26,831 nucleotides of DNA from Clostridia bacterium (GCA_024404275.1 JAKSQG010000004.1:1-26831), one strand, 5' to 3'; numbered from the stretch's first letter, positions 1-9,511 are shown. The notes: generated by a model from the sequence alone, not told the origin. Numbers and translations are program-made.

Positions 1-735
1 TTCCGTCAGAACCGCTCCCGTGAAACGGCCTTCAGCCGCGATTATGATGAGCTGGCGGCGCTTTTGCGCCATGAGAAGCAGCACGGCTATACCGTGTGGG
101 TGCTGGGTCCGGCTTTTTCTTTTGATATCGGTGCGCGGGAGGCTTTTTCCAAGCTGATCGCCGCGGGCTATGTGGATGCTGTGCTGGCGGGCAATGCGCT
201 GGTGACGCATGACCTGGAGGGGGCTTATCTGCATACCGCCCTCGGGCAGAACATCTACACGCAGGAAAATGTGCCCAATGGGCATTATCATCATCTGGAT
301 ACCATCAACCGGGTCAAGCTGCATGGTTCTATCCCCGCGTTCATTGAAAAAGAGCACATCGATAACGGCATCATCTACACCTGTGAAAAGTGCGGCGTGC
401 CCTATGTGCTGGGCGGCTCCATCCGTGATGACGGTCCGCTGCCGCCGGTATACGGCGATGTGTACGCGGCGCAGGACGCCATGCGCAATCAGCTGCGTAA
501 GGCGACCACGGTCATCGGCATGGCAACCATGCTGCACACCATTGCCGCGGGCAATATGACGCCTTCCTATCGCGTTCTGCCCGATGGCACGGTGCGGCAG
601 GTGTACTTCTACTGCGTGGATGCGGCGGAATTTACCGTCAACAAGCTGGCGGACCGCGGCAGCCTGTCAGCGCGCGGCATCGTCAGCAATGTGCAGGATT
701 TTATCACCCGTCTGTGCCATGAACTGGAGCTGTGA
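1..735 (+). CDS. C-terminal part of a TIGR00300 / LOR-SDH-type family protein (5' end upstream of window)
   Basis: Frame 1 is open from base 1 (FRQNRSRETAFSRDYDELAALL...) into the listed 64..735 ORF. Stop is TGA at 733-735. Family call rests on remembered motif resemblance (AGNALVTHDLE, GHYHHLDTIN) and was not searched. Confidence 0.45.
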   Translation, partial: FRQNRSRETAFSRDYDELAALLRHEKQHGYTVWVLGPAFSFDIGAREAFSKLIAAGYVDAVLAGNALVTHDLEGAYLHTALGQNIYTQENVPNGHYHHLDTINRVKLHGSIPAFIEKEHIDNGIIYTCEKCGVPYVLGGSIRDDGPLPPVYGDVYAAQDAMRNQLRKATTVIGMATMLHTIAAGNMTPSYRVLPDGTVRQVYFYCVDAAEFTVNKLADRGSLSARGIVSNVQDFITRLCHELEL

Positions 736-737
736 CG

Positions 738-1190
738 ATGAGAGCGACCGAGGCAACGGAGTGGACCAATGTGTGCCTGATTCAGGATGGCACACGCGTG
801 CTGGTGGAAAATAAAAAGGGCCGCGGCGTGGTATTTCCCGGCGGACATGTGGAGCCGGGGGAAGCACTGACCGACGCCGTGGTTCGTGAAATACGTGAAG
901 AAACCGGGCTGACCGTGCATGATGTAAAGCTTTGCGGCATCAAGGACGCCGCGTGGGAAAACGGTACGCGCTTTGTGGTGCTTTTATACAAGGCAGGCAG
1001 CTTCGAAGGAAAAATGAAGTCTTCCGAGGAAGGGGAAGTGTTCTGGGCGGAGCTGAATGAGCTTGAACACCTGAACCTCATCTGGAACATGAAGGAAATG
1101 ACCGACATTATTCTGAATAAAAACGGTCTGGAATATTATCTGCAGTCGGACGGCAACGGCGGCTATATAGGTGAACTGAAGGAGATGTAA
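738..1190 (+). CDS. NUDIX hydrolase (MutT-like)
   Basis: Complete Nudix box GGHVEPGEALTDAVVREIREETGL (GX5EX7REUXEEXGU). ATG 738 lies 8 nt after GGAG; GTG 732 is an alternative start. Stop TAA. Confidence 0.85.
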   Translation: MRATEATEWTNVCLIQDGTRVLVENKKGRGVVFPGGHVEPGEALTDAVVREIREETGLTVHDVKLCGIKDAAWENGTRFVVLLYKAGSFEGKMKSSEEGEVFWAELNELEHLNLIWNMKEMTDIILNKNGLEYYLQSDGNGGYIGELKEM

Positions 1191-1193
1191 ACA

Positions 1194-1811
1194 ATGAAAG
1201 TGTTGATTTTGAACGGCAGCCCGCGCAAGGGCGGCAATACTGCTTTGGCGCTGGATGAAATGGTCAAGATCTTTGAAGCTGAAGGCGTTGAATGCGAAGT
1301 TGTGCAGGTGGGCGGACAGGAGATCCGCGGCTGCATGGCGTGCGGCGGCTGCTACAAGCAGGGCAAATGCGTGTTCAATGACCTTGTCAACGAGACGGCG
1401 CCCAAGCTGGAAGCGGCAGACGGTGTGGTGGTGGCTTCCCCGGTGTACTATGCTTCTGCCAACGGCACGCTGGTCAGCTTTCTGGACAGATTGTTCTACA
1501 GCACCAACTTCCCCAAGCGCATGAAGGTGGGGGCGGCGGTGGCGGTCGCCCGCCGCGGCGGCTGCTCGGCTACCTTTGATGAGCTGAACAAATACTTCAC
1601 CATCGCCGGCATGCCGGTGGCGTCCTCCTGCTACTGGAACAGCGTACACGGTACGCGTCCCGGTGAGGCGGAGCAGGATGCCGAGGGTCTGCGCACGGTG
1701 CGCGTATTGGCGCAGAACATGGTGTTTTTGATGAAGAGCATTGCACTCGGCAAGGAAAAATACGGCCTGCCCGAGTATGAACCGCATGTTTCCACCAACT
1801 TTATCCGCTGA
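1194..1811 (+). CDS. NADPH-dependent FMN reductase / iron-sulfur flavoprotein (Isf-like)
   Basis: N-terminal MKVLILNGSPRKGGNT flavodoxin-like motif. Compact cysteine cluster CMACGGCYKQGKC (CX2CX2CX5C) typical of Isf proteins. AAGGAG RBS upstream. Stop TGA. Confidence 0.75.
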   Translation: MKVLILNGSPRKGGNTALALDEMVKIFEAEGVECEVVQVGGQEIRGCMACGGCYKQGKCVFNDLVNETAPKLEAADGVVVASPVYYASANGTLVSFLDRLFYSTNFPKRMKVGAAVAVARRGGCSATFDELNKYFTIAGMPVASSCYWNSVHGTRPGEAEQDAEGLRTVRVLAQNMVFLMKSIALGKEKYGLPEYEPHVSTNFIR

Positions 1812-1830
1812 ATGATGAAAGGAGTCAACC

Positions 1831-3219
1831 ATGCTGAATGATTCTTTTGCCCGCTGCAAGTCGCTTTTTGCTGACAATGCGGACACCGTCCTGCGCGCGC
1901 AGGAAAACCGTTTGCGCCGGGTGGTGCTGCAGAAAGGCAACCTGGTCAGCAACGTCCGCATGAACAGCCGCGGCGTCAACGCCCGTGTGACCATTGAAGG
2001 CGTTGCCGGTCTTTCTTCCCTGGCGGAGTGCACGCCCGAAGCCGCCGAAACGGTGCTGAAGGCCGCTACCCGCGACGCCATGTTCCTTCACAACCATGCG
2101 CCCAAGAACAAGCCCATGCTGCCTTCTCCCTGCGCCGGACTGATCCTGCCGGAGGGAGCCATCGTGGACACGGAGCAGCAGCGCTGCATCGACCTGTGCC
2201 GGGCGGTGGATGAATACGTTGTGAAAAGCTGCCCCAAGCTGGTCAGCCGCACCGTGGTATATACCGAGGACTCGATGGACAAGATCATCTACACCTCGCA
2301 TGCCTGCGACGGCCATGTGGTTTATCCCCGCAGCTATGTGTATGTGATGATGACGGCGGAAGCACAGGACGGCGCTCCGGTGGAGCTGTTTCAGGCTTTC
2401 GGCGGTGCAGGCAGCTTCAACGATCATTTTGAATGTCTGGATGACATCAAAAAGGGCGTGGATGACCTGTATGAAAAAGTGCTGCAGAAGTGCGAGGGCG
2501 TTTATGCCGAAGCCGGTGCGCATACCGTGGTGCTGGGCGGCATGATGGCCGGCATGCTGGCGCATGAGGCTGTCGGCCATACTGTCGAGGCCGATCTGGT
2601 CATGGGCGGCTCTGTAGCCGGTCTGATGCTGGAGAAGCGTGTGGGTTCCGAACTGGTCAACCTGACCGACTTTGCCAACACCGCCTTTGGCAGCAGCAAG
2701 GGTCTGCTGCCCGTGTACATGGATGACGAGGGCGTGCGTGCCGAGGATGCCGTGCTGATCGAAAACGGAATCCTCAAGGGCTACATGAACAGCCGCGAAA
2801 CCGCCGAACGCTATGGTGTCAAACCTTGCGGCAACGCGAGAGGCTGGACCTTCTCGGATGAACCGCTCATCCGCATGCGCAATACCGCCGTACATCCCGG
2901 CAAAAATACGCTGGAAGAGCTGATTGCCTCGGTGGATAACGGTTATTATCTGATCGAGAGCGGCAACGGTCAGGCGGACCTGACGGGTGAGTTCATGTTT
3001 GGCGTGACCATGGGCTATGAAATCAAAAACGGACGTCTGGGCAAGGCGTTGAAGGATACGACAGTGTCCGGCATCGCCTTCGAAATGCTCAAGACTGTGG
3101 ATATGATTTCCTCGGAGATGACCTGGTCCTCCAGCGGCTTCTGCGGCAAAAAGCAGCCGATGGCCGTTGGCATGGGCGGACCGGCCATGCGCTGCCGTAT
3201 CAACATCGGCGGCCGCTGA
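1831..3219 (+). CDS. tldD: TldD-family metalloprotease
   Basis: 462 aa with HEAVGH (HExxxH) zinc motif. TldD/PmbA-type C-terminus (FCGKKQPMAVGMGGP). AAGGAG RBS. Stop TGA. Confidence 0.85.
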   Translation: MLNDSFARCKSLFADNADTVLRAQENRLRRVVLQKGNLVSNVRMNSRGVNARVTIEGVAGLSSLAECTPEAAETVLKAATRDAMFLHNHAPKNKPMLPSPCAGLILPEGAIVDTEQQRCIDLCRAVDEYVVKSCPKLVSRTVVYTEDSMDKIIYTSHACDGHVVYPRSYVYVMMTAEAQDGAPVELFQAFGGAGSFNDHFECLDDIKKGVDDLYEKVLQKCEGVYAEAGAHTVVLGGMMAGMLAHEAVGHTVEADLVMGGSVAGLMLEKRVGSELVNLTDFANTAFGSSKGLLPVYMDDEGVRAEDAVLIENGILKGYMNSRETAERYGVKPCGNARGWTFSDEPLIRMRNTAVHPGKNTLEELIASVDNGYYLIESGNGQADLTGEFMFGVTMGYEIKNGRLGKALKDTTVSGIAFEMLKTVDMISSEMTWSSSGFCGKKQPMAVGMGGPAMRCRINIGGR

Positions 3220-3236
3220 GAAGGGAGTGACGAACA

Positions 3237-4532
3237 ATGACCGATATTAAAAAGGCTTCCAACCTGATCGAAAAGGCGCTGAAGGACAATGGCATCACCA
3301 AGGCGGCGTGGAGCACGGGAATGAGCGAAACGAGCGAGTTCAATGCCGAAAATGAGGGCTTTAACCTGTACCGCACGCTGTATGATGTGCATTACAGTCT
3401 GTCTGTTTATGTGGATGGACGCAAGGGCAGTGTGGCCGGCAACGACCTGAGCGAGGAAGCTCTGGAAAACGCCGTCAAGGAGGCGGCGGCTTCCGCTGCC
3501 GCGGCTCCCGTGGATGAGGCGCATGACATCGCTCCCTTTGCCGGACGTGAGACCTTTATTCACGGAGCGGTCAGCTGCGATGAGGAAGCGCTGTTCAGCC
3601 GTACCAAGGAACTGTGTGACACCATTCGCGGTGAATATCCCAAGCTGCTGCTGGGCAGCACCATGGGTAAGCATGTGTATGAGCACAGTCTGTATCGAAA
3701 CACCAGCGGCACGGAGTTTGAGACCAAAGAGGGCAGCTACAGCCTGATGGCGGAGTTTGCGGGCAACGATAATGGCCGTACGACGGGCATTGATGGCGCG
3801 GGTATTGAGACCAATGACCTGTCCTCTCCCGTCATTGACAAGGGCAGCTTCCGTCAGCACCTGCAATCTGCCGTAGCGCAGCTGGATCAGACAGAGTTGA
3901 AGGGTAAGTTTACCGGCCCTGTGATCTTTTCGCCCGACTGCACGGCTCAGATGATGTATTTTGTACGCAGCTGCTTCCTTTCCGGCGCGGTGGTGCTGGA
4001 TGGCACGGGAATCTGGAATGACAAGCTGGGTCAGCAGGTAGCAGATCCTGCTGTGACACTGCGTATTGTGCCTGCCGATTCCCGCGTGGCGGGCGTTTGC
4101 GATTATACCGAGGAGGGCTTCCGTGCCCGGGAGCTGCCGCTGATTGAGAACGGCATCCTCAAAAATCAGATCATCGATCTGTATACTGCCAACAAGACGG
4201 GGCGTGAGCCCTCCCGCTGCGGCGGAGCCATGATCATGGAAGCCGGAAAGACGCCTGTGGCGGAGCTGATCCGCGGCATTGAACGCGGTCTGTTGGTGGG
4301 TGCGTTCTCCGGTGGTGAACCCGGCGCCAATGGCGAGCTCTCCGGCGTTGCCAAGAGCGCTTTTCTGATTGAAAACGGCCAGGTGACCGGAGCAGTCAGC
4401 GAAACAATGATCAGCACAAACATTGCCAATATGCTGATGAATGTGCGCGGCATCTCATCCGAGACCTGTGAAGACGGCGCAAGCGTGCTTCCCTATCTTG
4501 CTGTCAATGGCGTGACCATCTCCGGCAAGTAA
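3237..4532 (+). CDS. pmbA: PmbA/TldE-family protein, partner of TldD
   Basis: 431 aa located 17 nt after tldD. TldD/PmbA family-like sequence lacking HExxxH, which is the usual paired arrangement. Stop TAA. Confidence 0.75.
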   Translation: MTDIKKASNLIEKALKDNGITKAAWSTGMSETSEFNAENEGFNLYRTLYDVHYSLSVYVDGRKGSVAGNDLSEEALENAVKEAAASAAAAPVDEAHDIAPFAGRETFIHGAVSCDEEALFSRTKELCDTIRGEYPKLLLGSTMGKHVYEHSLYRNTSGTEFETKEGSYSLMAEFAGNDNGRTTGIDGAGIETNDLSSPVIDKGSFRQHLQSAVAQLDQTELKGKFTGPVIFSPDCTAQMMYFVRSCFLSGAVVLDGTGIWNDKLGQQVADPAVTLRIVPADSRVAGVCDYTEEGFRARELPLIENGILKNQIIDLYTANKTGREPSRCGGAMIMEAGKTPVAELIRGIERGLLVGAFSGGEPGANGELSGVAKSAFLIENGQVTGAVSETMISTNIANMLMNVRGISSETCEDGASVLPYLAVNGVTISGK

Positions 4533-4553
4533 GAGAAAGCTTCAACCAAACAA

Positions 4554-4594
4554 TACACCCCTGCGGGAACGGTTGTGACCGTCGCAGGGGTGTA
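4554..4594. terminator. Bidirectional stem-loop terminator between convergent pmbA and the ROK gene
   Basis: 12-bp stem TACACCCCTGCG / CGCAGGGGTGTA (4554-4565 / 4583-4594) with an inner ACGG/CCGT extension. T-rich flanks on both strands. Confidence 0.65.
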
Positions 4595-4620
4595 TTTGTA
4601 TGAATCCAGATTTGTTTTGT

Positions 4621-5769
4621 TTACAGCGTGATGCGGTCGACCCAGTCACGGCTCAGTACCTGCACGGCGCCGAGCAGCACGGAAGGACGGTCGAAATAGG
4701 GCAGCAGGATCTGCGGTGCTTTGCGGCAGGGACCCAGCTTGGCAGACAGATAATCGTTGACTGACTTGGTCAGATGCTCCCAGTCATAGGCGTGATAGGG
4801 GCAATCGAGAATGATCATGCCGGGATCGAGCAGGCAAACCACCTGATACAGCATTTCGGCAGTCAATCTGACTGCTTTTTCGATGGCGTTCTGCCACTGC
4901 TGGGGGTCGGCGTCGGCAGCTTGCTGAATGCTTTCCATCAGCGCCGGGGCGTTTAACTTGTCGGTGTTTTCCACTCCGCAGGATTTGGCAAGACCGCGCA
5001 GGGAAAGATAATCGCGGTACAATCCGCCGCCCATCACAGGCAGGGAAGCAGCGTTGCCCGCCGCTTCATTGCTGCCGTGCAGGATGTCACCATTCAAAAG
5101 CACAGCACCGGCATTTTCAGCACCGATATAGAAATAATACACCACGCGATGACCCAACTGGGCGGCACGGGGAGCAAAGGCACGCACGGAGTAATGGATG
5201 TCTGCGTCAATGTGGTAATGATAATCGCCCACTGTCTTTTTCAGTATGGACAAGAGCGGTACATTGGCCAACTCGCCGGCACGGGGGCCCATCACGACGT
5301 CCTTTACGGCATCGTAGGGACCGGGGACAACCACAGCCACACCCAGCACTTCATGCTCTGCTTTCAGCGCGGAAAGACGCTCTGCCGATTCTTTCAAAAA
5401 CGCGGTCAGGCTTTCGCAGAAGCAAAGTTCATCGCTCTTGGGAAAGGCATATTGATCGGGCAGGACGGTCAGATTGTGGGTGACGGCGCAATAATGGAAC
5501 TCGGTCAGATCCAGAATGGCAAATACCTGATCGCCTTCGCACAGATGGATGATATCCGCTTTACGGCCGATGGTGCGGGTGGCAGGGGATTCTTCAAACC
5601 GCAATGCGCCATGCTCGTTGAGAAGGTCCACCAGATTGGTGATGCTCATCAGGCTCAGTCCGGTATGGAGGGCAAGATGCTGACGGGTGATGCCGTTATG
5701 GGTATGAAGCTGCTCCAGCAGGCGCAGCAGATTCAGACGGCGGATGGACAGCTGATCGGGGTTTTTCAA
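4621..5769 (-). CDS. ROK-family transcriptional regulator
   Basis: N-terminal winged-HTH (RLNLLRLLEQLHTHNGITRQHLALHTGLSLMSITNLVDLL) plus an ROK sugar-kinase-like body. The CxCGxxGC zinc motif is not evident. TTG start 8 nt after GAGGAGG. Stop TAA. Confidence 0.8.
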   Translation of the reverse strand: MKNPDQLSIRRLNLLRLLEQLHTHNGITRQHLALHTGLSLMSITNLVDLLNEHGALRFEESPATRTIGRKADIIHLCEGDQVFAILDLTEFHYCAVTHNLTVLPDQYAFPKSDELCFCESLTAFLKESAERLSALKAEHEVLGVAVVVPGPYDAVKDVVMGPRAGELANVPLLSILKKTVGDYHYHIDADIHYSVRAFAPRAAQLGHRVVYYFYIGAENAGAVLLNGDILHGSNEAAGNAASLPVMGGGLYRDYLSLRGLAKSCGVENTDKLNAPALMESIQQAADADPQQWQNAIEKAVRLTAEMLYQVVCLLDPGMIILDCPYHAYDWEHLTKSVNDYLSAKLGPCRKAPQILLPYFDRPSVLLGAVQVLSRDWVDRITL

Positions 5770-5803
5770 GGCAAATTCCTCCTCAAGGCGGACTTCAACG
5801 CAT

Positions 5804-5833
5804 ATTATATAACAAATATCCGCTGCTTGTAAA
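5804..5833 (-). promoter_or_regulatory. Candidate sigma-A promoter for the ROK gene
   Basis: Minus-strand TTTACA (5833-5828), 18 nt spacer, TATAAT (5809-5804). Confidence 0.4.
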
Positions 5834-5861
5834 CAATATTTGGTGGAACAAATACTGCGGG

Positions 5862-5890
5862 TTGTGCCTTGGAGCGCAGGGGAGTATAAT
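5862..5890 (+). promoter_or_regulatory. Candidate sigma-A promoter for the polymerase operon
   Basis: TTGTGC (5862-5867), 17 nt spacer, TATAAT (5885-5890), about 30 nt upstream of the GGGGAGG RBS and ATG 5920. Confidence 0.45.
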
Positions 5891-5919
5891 AGATCAAAAG
5901 AGAAAGGGGAGGCGTAAGA

Positions 5920-7431
5920 ATGCTTTCGTACATTGCCATTGATCTGAAATCATTCTACGCCTCCGCGGAATGCGCTGCCCGGGGTCTGGACCCGCTGACC
6001 ACCCATCTGGTGGTGGCGGATGAGAGCCGTACCGAAAAGACCATTTGCCTGGCGGTCTCGCCGTCACTCAAGGCACTTGGCATTGGCGGACGTGCAAGGT
6101 TGTTTGAGGTCAATCAGAAGCTGGAGGAGGTCAACCGCCTGCGCATGAAGGCGGCAGGGGGCACGCTGAACGGCGCTTCTTCCAACGCACAAGAGCTTCT
6201 GGAGCACCCTGAATATGCCGTGAAGACCATCATTGCGCCGCCGCGCATGGCGCGCTATATGCAGCTGAGCACAAAGATCTACAGCATCTATACGCGTTAC
6301 GTTGCGCCGGAAGACATTGTGGTGTATTCCATCGATGAGGTTTTTATCCACGCTGAACCGTATCTCAAAATGTATCAGACGGATGCACGCGGGCTGGCCA
6401 TGCGCATGATTCGCGATGTGCTGAAGGAAACAGGCATTACCGCCACAGCGGGTATCGGTGAAAATCTGTATCTGTGCAAGGTGGCCATGGACATTGTCGC
6501 GAAGCATTGTGAGCCGGATGCAGATGGTGTGCGCATTGCGGAATTGACGGAGCAAAGCTATCGGGAACAGCTGTGGGAGCATCGACCGTTGACCGACTTT
6601 TGGCGTGTGGGACGCGGCATTGCAAGAAAACTGCAGGCCAACGGCATGCAATGTATGGGCGATGTGGCGCTGACCAGTCTGAAAGATGAGGACCTGTTGT
6701 ATCGGCTGTTTGGCGTCAATGCCGAGCTGCTGATCGATCATGCCTGGGGTTGGGAGCCATGCCGGGTCAGCGATATCCGTGCCTATAAGCCGGAAAGTAG
6801 CAGCCTGAGCAGCGGTCAGGTGCTGTCGATGCCCTATGAGCATGATACGGCGGCGGTCATCGTGCGTGAAATGGCGGAGGAGCTGGCGTTGGCACTGCTG
6901 GAAAAACAGCAGGTGACCAACCGCGCGGAGCTGGTCATTTGCTATGATACCGAAAACCTGACGCGGTCAGATATGGAGTATACAGGCCCTGTGCAGACCG
7001 ATCCTTATGGACGGAAGGCGCCAAAACCTGCGCACGGCTTTGAAAACCTGCCGTATACGGCTTCGGCACGGCTGATCAGCGAAGCCATGCTGAACATCTT
7101 TGAACGTGTAACCGATAAGCGTCTGCTGGTGCGCCGCGTGTATGTGATCGCCTGCAATCTGAAGGGGGCACAGGAGGAGCTTAACGAAACTGCCGTCACG
7201 GAGCAGATGGACATGTTTACCGATTATACCGCACTGGAAGCGAAAAGAGCGTAGGAAAAGGCGCGGCTGGAGCGGGAGCAGAAGGCACAGAATGCGCTGC
7301 TGCAGATTCGGCATCGGTTTGGCAAAAACGCCCTGCTCAAGGGCACCAGCCTGCAGAAAGGAGCCACGGGACGCGAAAGGCATCAGCAGATTGGCGGTCA
7401 CCGTGCGGAGACGGATGACGGAAAAATATAA
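5920..7431 (+). CDS. Y-family (UmuC/DinB-like) translesion DNA polymerase with one in-frame TAG at 7252-7254
   Basis: N-terminus IAIDLKSFYASAECAARGLDP is typical of Firmicutes ImpB/MucB/SamB-type polymerases. After the TAG the same frame continues EKARLEREQKAQNALLQIRHRFGKNALLKGTSLQKGATGRERHQQIGGHRA... to TAA 7429-7431. That is the conserved C-terminal tail of this family. The extension overlaps the next gene's ATG (7415). Confidence 0.75.
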
Positions 7432-7828
7432 AGCGATCCTGAACCTGCCGCATCCGGAATTGCGGCATCCGCGCATGAGCATGCTGAACCGTGCGGCGCA
7501 GTTTGCCTCCTTTGACGCGTTGGAGGGCTACGAGGAAGCCGTGCAGGAGGAAGCGCGGCTGACAGAACCGGAAAAAGGCATCGGCGAAGCGGAGGCGGAG
7601 GAGCTGGACCGCATGCTGCGTCGACTTTCCGAAAAGAAACAGCCGCCTGTGACGGCGCTGTGCTTTGTGCCCGATGAGCGCAAGGCGGGCGGCAGCTTTC
7701 AGACATTTACGGGGCGGCTGAAAAAGGTGGACTTGTTCAATGGTCAGCTGATCCTGACCGATGGAACGGTACTGCCGCTCGGGCGTATTCTGAAACTGGA
7801 CAGCCCGGAGGAAAAAGACGATGAATGA
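7415..7828 (+). CDS. YolD-like protein (accessory partner of Y-family polymerases)
   Basis: MTEKYKAILNLPHPELRHPRMSMLNRAAQFASFDALEGYEEAV matches the YolD-like pattern (RAxQFxxFxALxGYEEA). It sits downstream of a Y-family polymerase as in B. subtilis uvrX-yolD and yqjW-yqjX. The 7292 ORF start is rejected because it is out of frame with, and overlaps, the polymerase tail. Stop TGA. Confidence 0.65.
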   Translation: MTEKYKAILNLPHPELRHPRMSMLNRAAQFASFDALEGYEEAVQEEARLTEPEKGIGEAEAEELDRMLRRLSEKKQPPVTALCFVPDERKAGGSFQTFTGRLKKVDLFNGQLILTDGTVLPLGRILKLDSPEEKDDE

Positions 7829-8489
7829 AACGCTGATGATCGCGGGCAGGCACTTTCAGCTGCTCGGGGACGGACAGGGACCGGTGTTTCTGATGGGTGT
7901 GTTTGAGGGGGAAGCAGGCGAAAAGATCGTAAGCGAAACAAAAGCCCGCACCGCGAAGCCCTTTACGCTGGTGACCTTTGACACTGCAGACTGGGACAAT
8001 GATTTTTCCCCATGGGCTACGCCCGGTATGGAAGAGAATCGTCCCTTTGGCGGCGGCGGACCTGAAACACTGCAGATGCTCAGGAACGAAGCAATACCTT
8101 TGCTGAAGGAGCGCTTTGGAGAGACGCCTGTCATCACGGCAGGATATTCGCTGTCGGGGCTTTTTGCCCTGTGGGCACTTTATGAATGCGAAGCGTTTGC
8201 GGGCGCGGTGTGCTGCTCGGGTTCGCTGTGGGTGCAGGGCTTTATGGAATACGTGCAAAAAAAGGGGCTGCAGGCAGGGCAGAGCGTTTATCTGTCGTTG
8301 GGCGGCAAGGAAGAGAAGACTACCCATCCCATCGTCTGCACCATCGGTGACTGCACAAGGCAGATGGACCGCATATTGAAGGCGGACGCGGCTGCCCCGC
8401 GGCACACGCTGGAATGGAACAGCGGCGGACACTTTGCCGACAGCGCGAAGCGGCTGGCAAAAGGTCTTGCGTGGATGCTGGAAAAGTGA
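7821..8489 (+). CDS. Alpha/beta-hydrolase fold esterase
   Basis: GYSLSG nucleophile elbow (GxSxG). About 220 aa. ATG overlaps the yolD-like stop (ATGAATGA). Stop TGA. Confidence 0.65.
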   Translation: MNETLMIAGRHFQLLGDGQGPVFLMGVFEGEAGEKIVSETKARTAKPFTLVTFDTADWDNDFSPWATPGMEENRPFGGGGPETLQMLRNEAIPLLKERFGETPVITAGYSLSGLFALWALYECEAFAGAVCCSGSLWVQGFMEYVQKKGLQAGQSVYLSLGGKEEKTTHPIVCTIGDCTRQMDRILKADAAAPRHTLEWNSGGHFADSAKRLAKGLAWMLEK

Positions 8490-8491
8490 AT

Positions 8492-8537
8492 AAAAAAGGA
8501 GCGGGTACGCCTTTGAAAGCGTATCCGCTCTGTTTTA
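8492..8537. terminator. Bidirectional rho-independent terminator (esterase / fba convergent)
   Basis: 12-bp stem GAGCGGGTACGC / GCGTATCCGCTC (8499-8510 / 8519-8530, one G-U pair). Flanked by an A-run upstream and TGTTTT downstream. Confidence 0.7.
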
Positions 8538-8545
8538 TGGAATCA

Positions 8546-9511
8546 TCAGGCCTTGCCGTTGCAGCCCAGAACGTTGACCAGCTTGTGCTCAACGATCTGC
8601 TGGATGGCGGCACGGGCATCCGTCAGGTACTGACGGGGATCGAAGTGATCGGGATGCTCGTTGAAGTGCTTGCGCACCATGGCGGTGAAGGCCAGACGCA
8701 GGTCGGAGTCGATGTTGATCTTGCAGACAGCCATGGAAGCGGCCTTGCGCAGCTGCTCCTCGGGGATGCCGACGGCGTCGGGCATCTTGCCGCCCTGCTC
8801 GTTGATGATCTTCACAAACTGCTGGGGCACGGAAGAGGCGCCATGCAGCACGATGGGGAAGCCGGGCAGCTTCTTGGCCACTTCGTCCAGAATGTCAAAG
8901 CGGAGGGGCGGGGGAACCAGAATGCCCTCGGCGTTGCGGGTGCACTGGGCGGGGGTGAACTTGTAGGCGCCGTGGCTGGTGCCGATGGCGATGGCCAGGG
9001 AGTCGCAGCCGGTGGCGGTGGCGAACTCGATGACTTCTTCGGGACGGGTGTAGCTGCTGTCGGCGGCAGAGACGTTCACTTCGTCTTCCACGCCGGCCAG
9101 ACGGCCCAGCTCGGCCTCGACGGTCACGTTGTACTTGTGGGCATATTCGACGACCTTGCGGGTCTCTTCGATGTTCTTTTCGAAGGGCAGGCTGCTCTTA
9201 TCGATCATGACAGAGGTGAAGCCGCCATCGATGCAGGCCTTGCAGGTCTCAAAATCGGGGCCGTGGTCCAGATGCAGGGCGATGGGCAGACCGGTGGTGG
9301 CCACAGCGGCCTCGACCAGCTTGACCAGATAGGTGTGGTTGGCATAGGCACGGGCGCCCTTGGACACCTGCAGAATCAGGGGAGCATTCTGAGCCTTACC
9401 GGCTTCAACGATACCCTGAATGATTTCCATGTTATTGACATTGAAAGCGCCGACGGCGTAGCCGCCCTCGTAGGCCTTCTTGAACATTTCGCGCGTGTTG
9501 ACAAGAGCCAT
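8546..9511 (-). CDS. fba: Class II fructose-1,6-bisphosphate aldolase
   Basis: MALVNTREMFKKAYEGGYAVGAFNVNNME... and LHLDHG / HGASS motifs of class II FBA. AAGGAGG RBS. Stop TGA. Confidence 0.93.
   Translation of the reverse strand: MALVNTREMFKKAYEGGYAVGAFNVNNMEIIQGIVEAGKAQNAPLILQVSKGARAYANHTYLVKLVEAAVATTGLPIALHLDHGPDFETCKACIDGGFTSVMIDKSSLPFEKNIEETRKVVEYAHKYNVTVEAELGRLAGVEDEVNVSAADSSYTRPEEVIEFATATGCDSLAIAIGTSHGAYKFTPAQCTRNAEGILVPPPLRFDILDEVAKKLPGFPIVLHGASSVPQQFVKIINEQGGKMPDAVGIPEEQLRKAASMAVCKINIDSDLRLAFTAMVRKHFNEHPDHFDPRQYLTDARAAIQQIVEHKLVNVLGCNGKA

Noticed and set aside
984-3237. Long antisense ORFs (984..2081 and 1825..3237, minus strand) opposite the flavoprotein and tldD genes. Similar ones occur elsewhere: 5077..5832, 6064..6843, 8414..9535, 10288..12207, 13932..15587, 17282..18538, 18283..19497, 19545..20642, 20609..22630, 22561..23448 and 24458..25837.
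   Set aside because: These are typical shadow ORFs of GC-rich DNA. Their sequences are low-complexity and rich in Ala/Gly/Arg/His, with no recognisable domains or RBS. Each lies opposite a gene with clear family motifs.
5770-5919. LexA/Cheo box upstream of the Y-family polymerase.
   Set aside because: Only a lone GAAC half-site (5846-5849) is present, with no GTTC partner at N4 spacing.
7292-7414. N-terminal extension of the 7292..7828 ORF (MRCCRFGIGLAKTPCS...).
   Set aside because: It is out of frame with, and overlaps, the conserved polymerase C-terminal tail. It is Arg/Cys-rich with no family resemblance. The YolD-like similarity starts at ATG 7415.
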